Shown in pieces: positions 22,452 to 30,491 of a DNA stretch of 64,000 nt (its first letter is position 1; each line of letters starts with the position of its first letter). The notes below the pieces were generated by a model. It saw only the letters and a program-made list of their open reading frames with translations. It did not search any database and was not told the DNA's origin. Source of the stretch: an uncultured delta proteobacterium (GTDB taxonomy: Bacteria; Myxococcota; Myxococcia; Myxococcales; Myxococcaceae); assembly GCA_963771175.1 (NCBI GenBank), contig CAVYSY010000028.1, forward strand, positions 1 to 64,000. The letters run 5' to 3'. The position numbers were made by a program, and so were the translations under genes.

Positions 22452-23585
22452 ATGCCCTCGCACGAGACCCCTTCGCGCCGTCCCTGGCTGATGCTGCCCG
22501 TGGCCCTGGCGCTCGCCTGTGGTGGACCCAATGACCTCCCGGAGGAAGTGCGCCTGGCGCAAGAGCCCCTCACGACGCTGGCGGATCCCACGGCGTGTAG
22601 CGCCAACGGTGGGGCCGGACCCTTCCTCGTCTACATGACCACCAGCGGCAATGACGCCAATACCGGGCGAACGTCGAGCAGCCCCGTGCGCACCCTGAGC
22701 CGGGTGCAGGACATCATCCGGGCCGCGGCCCCCACCTGCCCCACCGAGGTGCGCATCGGGACAGGCACCTACTACGGGCAGAGCGTGGCCTGGAGCTACG
22801 TGTCGGGCCATGAGATCAAGTTCATGCCGGCCGATGGGACCAGCGCCGTGCGCCCCGTCTTCGATGGCTGCTCGTCGGCGAGCGGCGCGTGCACGCAGCT
22901 CACGTGGTTCACGCTCAGCAATTCCTCCGGCGTCCACTCGAAGCTGCACTTCTGGTACATCCGCGTCCAGCGCTACAACACCGCCATCAGCTTCAACGGC
23001 CAGCGGGACAACCTCGCGGGCTACAACGGCGGCAACCGCATCTTCGGCTGCTACTTCGATCAGCTCGGCAATGGCTGGGCGGGCTCCACGAGCCATACAT
23101 ACAGCACGGCGGCCGTGCGGCTGGTGAACTCGGACGACAACGTCATCGAGAACAACCACTTCTACAACATCATCAATTCGACCAGCCCGGCCGCCCTGCA
23201 CGCCATCTACGTCGCGCACAAGTCGGATCGAAACTCCATCCTGCGCAATGTCTTCGAGCGCGTGTCCGGGGACGCCATCCGCGTCCGCGACTACTCCAAT
23301 TACAACATCATCAACCAGAACCGCATCACCCGGGCCGGCGCCTATGGGTACTCGGAATGGCTCTGCGACTCGGCGCAGCGCACCGACTGCACCCTGGCCA
23401 CCGAGTGCCGCTCGTACCAGAACGAGTTCCGCGACAACACGCTGGATGGGACCTACTCCTGCCAGCCCATGACCACCTGGGTGTACTACCAGACGGACTA
23501 CCCGGTGAACTGCGCGCGCGCGCAGCTCGACCCCCGCCTGCGCACCAGCGGCAACGTGCAGACCTCCGCGCCCTGCTCGCTGTGA
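22452..23585 (+). CDS. Right-handed beta-helix (pectin-lyase-like) lipoprotein
   Basis: Lipobox LALAC; SGNDANTG..SPVRTL; Asn-ladder repeats NVIENNHF, NSILRNVF, NIINQNRI. Confidence 0.8.
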   Translation: MPSHETPSRRPWLMLPVALALACGGPNDLPEEVRLAQEPLTTLADPTACSANGGAGPFLVYMTTSGNDANTGRTSSSPVRTLSRVQDIIRAAAPTCPTEVRIGTGTYYGQSVAWSYVSGHEIKFMPADGTSAVRPVFDGCSSASGACTQLTWFTLSNSSGVHSKLHFWYIRVQRYNTAISFNGQRDNLAGYNGGNRIFGCYFDQLGNGWAGSTSHTYSTAAVRLVNSDDNVIENNHFYNIINSTSPAALHAIYVAHKSDRNSILRNVFERVSGDAIRVRDYSNYNIINQNRITRAGAYGYSEWLCDSAQRTDCTLATECRSYQNEFRDNTLDGTYSCQPMTTWVYYQTDYPVNCARAQLDPRLRTSGNVQTSAPCSL

Positions 23586-23719
23586 GTCAGTGGAGTGCCC
23601 CCTGCCTGTCGCGAATGCCCCGCGGTCGGAAGTGGGCTGGGTGCTCGGCACACCCCTTCTCCTGTAGAGGCGTGGTTCCGGAAGGCGGCCCCCCCCACTG
23701 AGGAGGGGCCGCGAGACCG

Positions 23720-25378
23720 TCACTCGGCCTTCTTCGGCGCGCGGACCTCGCCCACCATGCGGTGGACCGGGTAGAGCTCTCCCACCGTGATGCCGCCGTC
23801 GAGGAACTGCCAGCGGCAGAAGCCGTCATCGGAGTGCGGCTCGAGCAGGTACACGGCCAGGGTGCCCGCGCGCTGCGCCGTGGGGACGTACAGGGTGCCC
23901 GCGGGGAACTCGCGCGTGGAGCGCTCGGGGGCCACCGTGAGCACGGTCTCGAAGCGCACGGGCTTGGGCTTCTGGCTCAGCGGCACCTCGGCCTCACCGG
24001 GCGGCGGCACGTTCGCCGCCACGTCCGGGCTGAACGTCTCCTCGCGCCGCGCCACCCGGTAGCTGTCCACCGTGAACCGCTGGGGCGCCTCCACGCGCTC
24101 GAAGCGGATGCCGTGCCCCTCCAGGCGCGTGGCGAGCTCCGCCGGCACGAGGTACCCCACCGGCGTGCTCACCGCCTGCGTGGGCACGAACGTCCGGTGG
24201 TGCGGGGCGTCATACGCGCGCCGACGCTTTCCCGGGTAACGCCGCTCGGTGATGCTCGCCTCGTCGAAGGCCAGGAGGTGGGCCGTGTCCCCGGGCTTCG
24301 CATAGGCCGGGTACTCGAACACGAGCGCGCCCTTGTCATCGCGCGTGGCGACTCCGTAGTTGATGCCCACGAGCGTCTGCACGTCCGGCGACTCGCCGCG
24401 CGCGATGATGCGTGCCTCCTCGGCCTCGGTGGCGGCGCGATAGGCCTTGGCGTTCTTGGCCGCGTCGCGGAACAGCTCCAGCAGCCACGCCCGCATCACC
24501 TCGCAGCGGCGCTTGTAGTCCAGGTAGCTGTAGGTCTCGAGCAGCACGTCCATCCGCCCGAGCAACCCGCGGTAGTGGCTGCCGAAGCGCGGGAGCGCCG
24601 GGTAGGTGTGCCAGCCCGAGCGGGGCTCGCCCTCGACCTTGTAGTTGCCGTACCAGAAGCTGTCGAAGTCGTGGCGCTTCTTCACCGCCTTCGCCACCCG
24701 CTCGAGCATCTCGCGGTTGAACGCGCGCAGCTCCGAGAAGAGCGGCTCGTTCGAGTGCGACGTGTCGTAGGTGAGGTCGAAGGCGTGGATGCTGCCGTCG
24801 GTGGTGTGGCAGTCGATGAAGAGGTGCGGCCACCACGTCTGATACAGCTTCGCGATGCAGCGCGTCTCGGGCGCCTCCTGCTTCGTGCTGTCGCGGTTGA
24901 GGTTCCACCCCTCGCCCGTGTAGCGCGTGCCCACGCCGCCCGGAGGGTTCACCTGCCCCTCGAGGTTCTTCAGGTCCAGCTTGCGGTTGTTCGGGCTGAT
25001 GCGGTCGTTGCCATCGGGGTTGAAGTTCGGAATCAGCACCAGGCACAGCTTGTCGAGCAGCGTCTTCCCGAGCTTCGTGAGCGTCAGGTCCCTCGCGAGC
25101 GCGAGCACGGACTCCTTGCCCTCGACCTCACCGGCGTGGATGTTGGCCTCCACCATCACGATGACCTTCTTCTGCTTGCGCGCGAGCTCGGGCGTGAAGC
25201 AGCCGCGGTCACTCACGATGAGCGCCACCATGGGCTGGCCTTCACCGCTCGTCCCGAAGTCCACGCGCCGGACAAGCTTCGAGCGGCGGCAGAGCTCGTC
25301 GACGAAGGAGAGCACGTCGGCGTGACGAGAGGTTTCGGTGTACTTCGAGGCTTCAGCGCGAGTGAGCAGCTCGGTCAT
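23720..25378 (-). CDS. M14 family zinc carboxypeptidase
   Basis: NIHAGEVEGKE, NPDG, NLNRD, DCHTTDG. Confidence 0.9.
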   Translation of the reverse strand: MTELLTRAEASKYTETSRHADVLSFVDELCRRSKLVRRVDFGTSGEGQPMVALIVSDRGCFTPELARKQKKVIVMVEANIHAGEVEGKESVLALARDLTLTKLGKTLLDKLCLVLIPNFNPDGNDRISPNNRKLDLKNLEGQVNPPGGVGTRYTGEGWNLNRDSTKQEAPETRCIAKLYQTWWPHLFIDCHTTDGSIHAFDLTYDTSHSNEPLFSELRAFNREMLERVAKAVKKRHDFDSFWYGNYKVEGEPRSGWHTYPALPRFGSHYRGLLGRMDVLLETYSYLDYKRRCEVMRAWLLELFRDAAKNAKAYRAATEAEEARIIARGESPDVQTLVGINYGVATRDDKGALVFEYPAYAKPGDTAHLLAFDEASITERRYPGKRRRAYDAPHHRTFVPTQAVSTPVGYLVPAELATRLEGHGIRFERVEAPQRFTVDSYRVARREETFSPDVAANVPPPGEAEVPLSQKPKPVRFETVLTVAPERSTREFPAGTLYVPTAQRAGTLAVYLLEPHSDDGFCRWQFLDGGITVGELYPVHRMVGEVRAPKKAE

Positions 25379-25681
25379 GGGCGCGCATCCGAGCGTCCCC
25401 GTCACGCGGCGTCAAGCACTTGGGAGCGACATCTGGGGCCGCATCGACCCGCTCGACCACCCACGGCTCGAGCCGCGCTGAGCCGCCCCCACGTCAGTGG
25501 AATCACGTACTGATGATGTGCCTGTCAGACCTCCCTCACTACGGTTCCCGCCAGCGCACGTCAGGCCGCGGAACATCGCACGTCAGGGCTTGCGCTCCGA
25601 GGAACGGACAGAGGGTCCGCTCCCGGGCAGTGAGCGCACATGCGGCCCCATCCGGGCCGATGATCGAGGGGGAAAATACAC

Positions 25682-27409
25682 ATGAAGATGAAACTGATTG
25701 GAGCGGCACTGGTCGGGGGACTCCTGGGTGCGTCGAACGCCCAGGCCCAGTCGACTCTTTTCTCGGATGACTTCGCCAGCAGCCCGTTCACCAGTGAGAA
25801 GTGGGCGGTGACCCGGAACGGCGACCCGCAAGCGGCCCATGATGCCTCGGGGCAGAGCTTCTACCTGACCCAGGTGGGCGGCGGCGGGGGCGGCATCTCC
25901 ATGTTCGCCAACACCCCGCTCAAGACGCGCAAGTGGGAGGCCTCGTTCCGCTACCGGATCGGCGGCCTGTACCAGGGAGGCGCCGACGGGCTCGTCTTCC
26001 TCTTCTACAAGAAGGGCGGCTACACGCCCGGCGCCGGTGGGTTCCTCGGCTTCAACCCGCCCTACGCCCCCCAGCCCGGCTACGGCATCGCCATCGACAA
26101 CTACTACAACGCGGGGTGGGACCCCTCGGGCAGCTACATCGGGCTCATCTCCAACACCACCTACACCTTCTCGGACAAGCTCGCCTACGCGAACGACCGG
26201 CGGACCGAGGACGGCGTGTGGCACTCGATGAAGGTGCGCTTCATCGACGGTGAGGTGTCCGTGTACGTCGACAGCGGGCTGCTCTTCACCCACAAGATGG
26301 CCACACCCAACTACACCTATGACGGCGTCGGGTTCTCCGCCGGCAGCGGCGCCGACCAGAACTACCACCAGATCGACGACTTCGTCCTGACGAACCTCGA
26401 GGTGCCCGTCTGGACCTCCACCGGCAGGATGAACCTGGAGCACGGCCTCCACACGGCCACGAAGCTGACCGGGGGCAAGGTGCTCGTCGTCGGCGGCTAC
26501 AACAGCTCGGCCGAGCTGTATGACCCGGCCACCGGCACCTGGAGCTTCACCGGCTCCGCGTCCACCTCGCGCATGCTGCCCACCGCCACCCTGCTGAAGG
26601 ATGGTCGGGTGCTCGTCACGGGAGGCGAGAACGACGCGCACGCGCTGGCCAGCGCCGAGGTGTATGACCCGGCCACCGGCTCGTGGAGCGCCACCGGGGA
26701 CCTGGGCACGGGCCGTCGCGACCACACCGCGACGCTGTTGAGCGATGGCCGGGTGCTCGTCACGGGGGGTTACAGTGAGTCCTCCGGGGCCCTCTCGTCG
26801 GCCGAGCTGTACGACCCGGCCACCGGCGCGTGGACGCCCGTGGGCTTCCTGTCCCAGGCGCGCAGCCAGCACCAGACGGTGGCGCTGTCCAACGGCCGGG
26901 TGCTCGTCGTAGGAGGCCAGGGGGCTGACGGCATGCCCCTGAGCAGCGCCGAGGTGTATGACCCGTCCACCCGCTCGTGGAGCCCCGTGGGAAGCCTGAG
27001 CACGGGCCGGCGCTACCACACCGCCACCGTGCTGAAGAACGGCCGGGTGCTCGTCTCGGGCGGGTATGACGCGAACGCCTCCGTACTCGCCTCGGCCGAG
27101 GTGTACGACCCGGCCACCGGCGCCTGGAGCAGCACCGCCAGCCTGGGCAAGGGCCGCCGCCACCACACCGCCACAGCGCTCGGTGATGGTCGGGTGCTCG
27201 TCTCGGGCGGGTACAGCGAGTGGTACGGCATCCTCGGCTCGGCCGAGGTGTATGACCCCTCCACGGGCACCTGGAGCGACACCGCCAGCATGGGGCTCGT
27301 GCGCTACAACCACACCGCCACGCTGCTGAACGACGGCCGCGTGCTGTCCGTGGGTGGCTTCAGCACCGGCGACCAGGCCTCCGCGGAGCTGTTCGGTCCT
27401 CGCAACTAA
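25682..27409 (+). CDS. Secreted L-type lectin + Kelch-repeat protein
   Basis: Signal peptide; GADGLVF (legume-lectin-like); repeated HTATLL.DGRVLV.GG..SAEVYDP. Confidence 0.9.
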   Translation: MKMKLIGAALVGGLLGASNAQAQSTLFSDDFASSPFTSEKWAVTRNGDPQAAHDASGQSFYLTQVGGGGGGISMFANTPLKTRKWEASFRYRIGGLYQGGADGLVFLFYKKGGYTPGAGGFLGFNPPYAPQPGYGIAIDNYYNAGWDPSGSYIGLISNTTYTFSDKLAYANDRRTEDGVWHSMKVRFIDGEVSVYVDSGLLFTHKMATPNYTYDGVGFSAGSGADQNYHQIDDFVLTNLEVPVWTSTGRMNLEHGLHTATKLTGGKVLVVGGYNSSAELYDPATGTWSFTGSASTSRMLPTATLLKDGRVLVTGGENDAHALASAEVYDPATGSWSATGDLGTGRRDHTATLLSDGRVLVTGGYSESSGALSSAELYDPATGAWTPVGFLSQARSQHQTVALSNGRVLVVGGQGADGMPLSSAEVYDPSTRSWSPVGSLSTGRRYHTATVLKNGRVLVSGGYDANASVLASAEVYDPATGAWSSTASLGKGRRHHTATALGDGRVLVSGGYSEWYGILGSAEVYDPSTGTWSDTASMGLVRYNHTATLLNDGRVLSVGGFSTGDQASAELFGPRN

Positions 27410-27452
27410 CAGCCAGCTCGGCGGGAGCACTCATCGCTCCTGAATAAAAGAA

Positions 27453-27479
27453 GGGCGGCGGGCTTCGGACCCGCCGCCC
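27453..27479. terminator. GC-rich hairpin, intrinsic terminator-like
   Basis: gggcggcggg-cttcgga-cccgccgccc with an upstream A-tract; same 26-nt core at 39121-39146. Confidence 0.6.
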
Positions 27480-27563
27480 GGAGCCTCCGTCGGCCTCGCG
27501 CACCCAGTTGCGCAGGGCCGACCCGGGCAGGTCCAGCTCCTTGGCCACCTGGGGCAGGCTCAG
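27478..27563 (-). mobile_element. IS3-family transposase OrfA HTH remnant
   Basis: LSLPQVAKELDLPGSALRNWVREADGG; no start codon or remainder of the element seen. Confidence 0.7.
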
Positions 27564-27658
27564 CGGATGAGTCGGACCAGACGGCCTACCAACCCCTCCT
27601 CGCCAGCTCGCTAAATGAGGGGATGCCTCAGGTCATGACCAATTTACTTGGCCACGTT

Positions 27659-27720
27659 ACCAGAAATGCTGGCTATATCACCAAGATTCTTGGCGAAATA
27701 GCCAAGATTATTGGTAGAAT
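27659..27720 (+). promoter_or_regulatory. 28-bp imperfect inverted repeat (operator) overlapping an extended -10 element
   Basis: Arms 27659-27686 and 27688-27715 (22/28 complementary); TGgTAGAAT at 27712-27720; GTG start at 27727. Confidence 0.65.
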
Positions 27721-27726
27721 TACGTC

Positions 27727-28068
27727 GTGCTCGACCAGAGGTCTCAGCTCTTTGGTACTTCGACCAGGACGGCGGTGCTCGTCGCCATCCGTTTGCTCGA
27801 AGAAACCTATCCCAGCGAACTCGCGGCTCTGCTCGGCGTACGCCCATACACCGTCCAATCCATTCTGGTGCCGCTCGAACGGGAAGCGATCATCGTCAGT
27901 CGGTTGATGGGGCGAACTCGTACGGTCGCGCTGAACCCTCGATACTTCGCGCACGCCGAACTCAGCGAGCTGCTTTGGAAGCTCGGAGAGCACGACGTGG
28001 ATCTTCAGGCCAAGCTCGCCGCGCGACGGCGCCGTCCGCGCCGCGCCGGTAAGCCGGGGCTCTTGTGA
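27727..28068 (+). CDS. Small winged-HTH protein (putative antitoxin / autorepressor)
   Basis: LFGTSTRTAVL..ETYPSELAALLGVRPYTVQSILVPLEREAIIVSR.MGRTR..LNPRYF. Confidence 0.8.
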   Translation: MLDQRSQLFGTSTRTAVLVAIRLLEETYPSELAALLGVRPYTVQSILVPLEREAIIVSRLMGRTRTVALNPRYFAHAELSELLWKLGEHDVDLQAKLAARRRRPRRAGKPGLL

Positions 28069-28601
28069 TCGGGCCCACGTCGTCGCTCACCGACGTTGCC
28101 TTCGCCGTGTGCACGGCACTGGATCGCAAGGGCTTCCACGCAGTGCTCACTGGCGGAAGCGCGGCGACCTACTACGCGCCGGACGCGTACCAGTCGGGCG
28201 ACCTCGACTTCGTGATCACCCTCCATGGAAAGGAAGGCGAAGCGGCGCTGGTTTCGCTCGGCTTCGCCAGGAAGGGAGACTTCTACCGTCACCCACGCTC
28301 GCACTTCCTCTTGGAGTTCCCGAACGGGCCGCTGGCGGTGGGTGACGACTTGATCACGAACTGGAGCACCGTCCGTCGTGGCGACGAGGTGCTGTACGTG
28401 CTGTCGCCCACCGACTCATGCCGTGACCGACTCGCGTCGTATCTCTTCTGGAACGACTTCAGCGGCCTGGAACAGGCGATCGCCGTCTTCCACGCACGGC
28501 CGAATGAGGTGGATCTGAACGTCATCGAGGACTGGTGCCGTCGCGAGGGTCACAGCAAGAAGTTCGCTCTGTTCGCGTCACGCGTTGGTGCATCAACCTG
28601 A
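28065..28601 (+). CDS. Nucleotidyltransferase-fold protein (type IV TA toxin-like)
   Basis: VLTGGSAA.YY..YQSGDLDFV; LSPTDSCRDRLA; GTGA overlap with the wHTH gene. Confidence 0.8.
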   Translation: MIGPTSSLTDVAFAVCTALDRKGFHAVLTGGSAATYYAPDAYQSGDLDFVITLHGKEGEAALVSLGFARKGDFYRHPRSHFLLEFPNGPLAVGDDLITNWSTVRRGDEVLYVLSPTDSCRDRLASYLFWNDFSGLEQAIAVFHARPNEVDLNVIEDWCRREGHSKKFALFASRVGAST

Positions 28602-28771
28602 CGATTCCCCACGGGTCGGAGTGCTGCAGAAGCCATGTGCTTGCCCCTGTTCCGGGCTACTCGCGAGGGCGGCGATTGCGCATGCAGTTCCCCTTGCCCA
28701 TCCGCTTCGTGAGCGCCTCGAGGCGGTCGGTTGCTTCGTCGGCTGCTCGAGTTCTTTGACACCCTCGCTGG

Positions 28772-28831
28772 CGCTACGTGCTGGCCCATGGGGTGAAAGA
28801 GGGGCTGGTGGAGAGGTGCACCGAGTGGCCC
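28772..28831 (+). mobile_element. Y1 HUH (RAYT/IS200-like) transposase remnant
   Basis: RYVLAHGVKEGLVERCTEWP resembles the catalytic-Tyr motif (RYI..NPV.AGLV....WP); abuts the REP-like copy at 28748-28766. Confidence 0.65.
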
Positions 28832-28913
28832 CTCTCGGCGGGCGGCGCCTTCCTGGGTGGGCTCTCCTCCTCCGGCCCTACCTTCTCCCCCACTTTGGGG
28901 AGCGAGGCGCGGC

Positions 28914-29912
28914 CTATTGAAAGAACTCCTCCAGCTCCTGCCTCGCCTTCTCCCGCGCCTTCCTCACGGCCTTCACGAAGGCCGCGGCGCCGTAGACGAA
29001 CTTGGACGACAGCTCCTGTTCGAGGGTGCGCTTCTTCAGCAGGTCGAGTCCCTCTTCGGTGTGGAGGTCCTTCTCGTCATTGGCCAGCTCCTTGACGATG
29101 CTGAACGTTGCCACGCTGGACAAGAGCACCCAGGGAAGGTTCTTTCCCGAGAGCGGTTGGAGGCCGACCTTGGGGTCGACGACGAAGAAGGTCACGGCCC
29201 CCACAAGGGAGATGCCCTGGCTTTGGAAGTAGCTCAGGGTGTCATGGATGGCGTCGGCGTCGGGCCGATAGTGGCCGCTGTGGCTGGTGATGGCCATCAG
29301 CCGGCCATCGAGGATGCGGATCTCGCCTGCGGCCAGCACCGGCCCGCCGCGCACGAAAGTGGAGTGGGCCACATGGTCGCTCTTGTCCAGGTGGTTGAAG
29401 ACATACAGCCGCCTCTTGAGATCGAGGACGAAGGCGCCGAAGTGGGCCTTGCCGTGGGACTCCATGCCCAGGGTGCTGAAGGGGCGCGGACGCCCGTTCG
29501 AGGCGCGCTTGCAGAACCGGCCCCCGGACAGCTCGACCTGGTAGGGGCGTGCCTGCCATTCGGCATACATCTTGGTCTTCCCGCTCGTGAGCCCCTTGCC
29601 CTGGTCGAGCTGTCGCGAGGGCTCGTTGACGGTGAGCACCTTCTTGAAGGTGCCGGATTGGGCCCGCTTCATCATGGTGAATCGAATGTCGGACAGGTCC
29701 TTGATGCCAAGCAGACGCTTGAGGATGGCCAGGTGTCTGGAATGAATCTCCGAGAGCTTGCGGTCCTCGTCCTCGTCGAGCTTGGAGAGGTCCTTGAGTG
29801 CCCTCCTGGTGTTCTCGAGAATCTCCCACGAAGTATCCAGTTGCTCGGGCTCCTCGGTGCACATCATGGACAGTGAATCCAACGACGAGATCTGCTCGAA
29901 TATCTCGGACAT
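28914..29912 (-). CDS. Hypothetical protein with HS(T/S)F..G..V.AAG...SGHYRP motif
   Basis: HSTFVRGGPVLAAGEIRILDGRLMAITSHSGHYRPD; GGAG SD before ATG 29912. Confidence 0.75.
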   Translation of the reverse strand: MSEIFEQISSLDSLSMMCTEEPEQLDTSWEILENTRRALKDLSKLDEDEDRKLSEIHSRHLAILKRLLGIKDLSDIRFTMMKRAQSGTFKKVLTVNEPSRQLDQGKGLTSGKTKMYAEWQARPYQVELSGGRFCKRASNGRPRPFSTLGMESHGKAHFGAFVLDLKRRLYVFNHLDKSDHVAHSTFVRGGPVLAAGEIRILDGRLMAITSHSGHYRPDADAIHDTLSYFQSQGISLVGAVTFFVVDPKVGLQPLSGKNLPWVLLSSVATFSIVKELANDEKDLHTEEGLDLLKKRTLEQELSSKFVYGAAAFVKAVRKAREKARQELEEFFQ

Positions 29913-29997
29913 GTAGGCTCCCAGGCGCGGGGGGAGGTCGACTTTAGTGCCGTACGAGGTGCCTGACACCTTCCCAGGCCTATACGCGGAACCCGTG

Positions 29998-30176
29998 ATC
30001 GCCCGTCCGCTGCCGCGCGAGCCCTTCAAAGGGCAGAAGCGCCCTCCCTGCACCCGCTACGCCGAGGTGGACATAAGCTGAAGGCCCCATGCCCGGACGT
30101 GCTCTACGAGTACCAGGGGGAGTGCTACGTGCCCGCCTTCAGCGCGAAGCCGCCACCCCAGTCGCTCGGGCAGTGA
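29998..30176 (+). pseudogene. Remnant of a Cys-rich C-terminal domain homologous to ORF 46451-47248
   Basis: RPLPREPFKGQKRPPC...LKAPCPDVLYEYQGECY..PQSLGQ*, with internal deletion and frameshift. Confidence 0.8.
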
Positions 30177-30211
30177 GTGGCGCGGGGTTCCTCGCCCCTG
30201 GCACCCGGGTT

Positions 30212-30379
30212 CTCGCGCCCTACGAGTCGTTTGACACCTTCACTGGGACACCTTCACTGGGGCAACCTCTCCACCGATGCGTCCACTGACACGTCAATTG
30301 ACGCGTCAACCGACACGTCCACGAGGTGTCAGACGGCTCGTCAGGGGCGCGGTCCCGGCACGACTCCTCTGACACTTCC
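30212..30379. repeat. Cluster of REP-like copies plus 14-bp and 12-bp tandem repeats
   Basis: REP 30212-30241; gacaccttcactgg x2 (30233-30260); four 12-bp units 30273-30320; inverted doublet 30322-30340 / 30361-30379 with 20-nt spacer. Confidence 0.8.
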
Positions 30380-30402
30380 CCCGCGGCCCCTCGGCCACGC
30401 GG

Positions 30403-30418
30403 GGGCATGTGTCTTGCT
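30403..30418 (+). promoter_or_regulatory. Putative sigma-54 promoter of the Hint-domain gene
   Basis: GGCATGTGTCTTGCT: GG at 30404-30405, GC at 30416-30417, fits GGCAYG-N4-TTGC. Confidence 0.65.
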
Positions 30419-30491
30419 GAGCATGGTGTGCCCTCTTCGAGTGGCATGCCGTCGTACCAACCACAGCAATCGATGCAAGGAGAACTGATTC

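Noticed and set aside
30233..30320. Possible mini-CRISPR or iteron array
   Set aside because: Units are 12-14 bp, abutting and degenerate, with no spacers and no cas or rep gene.
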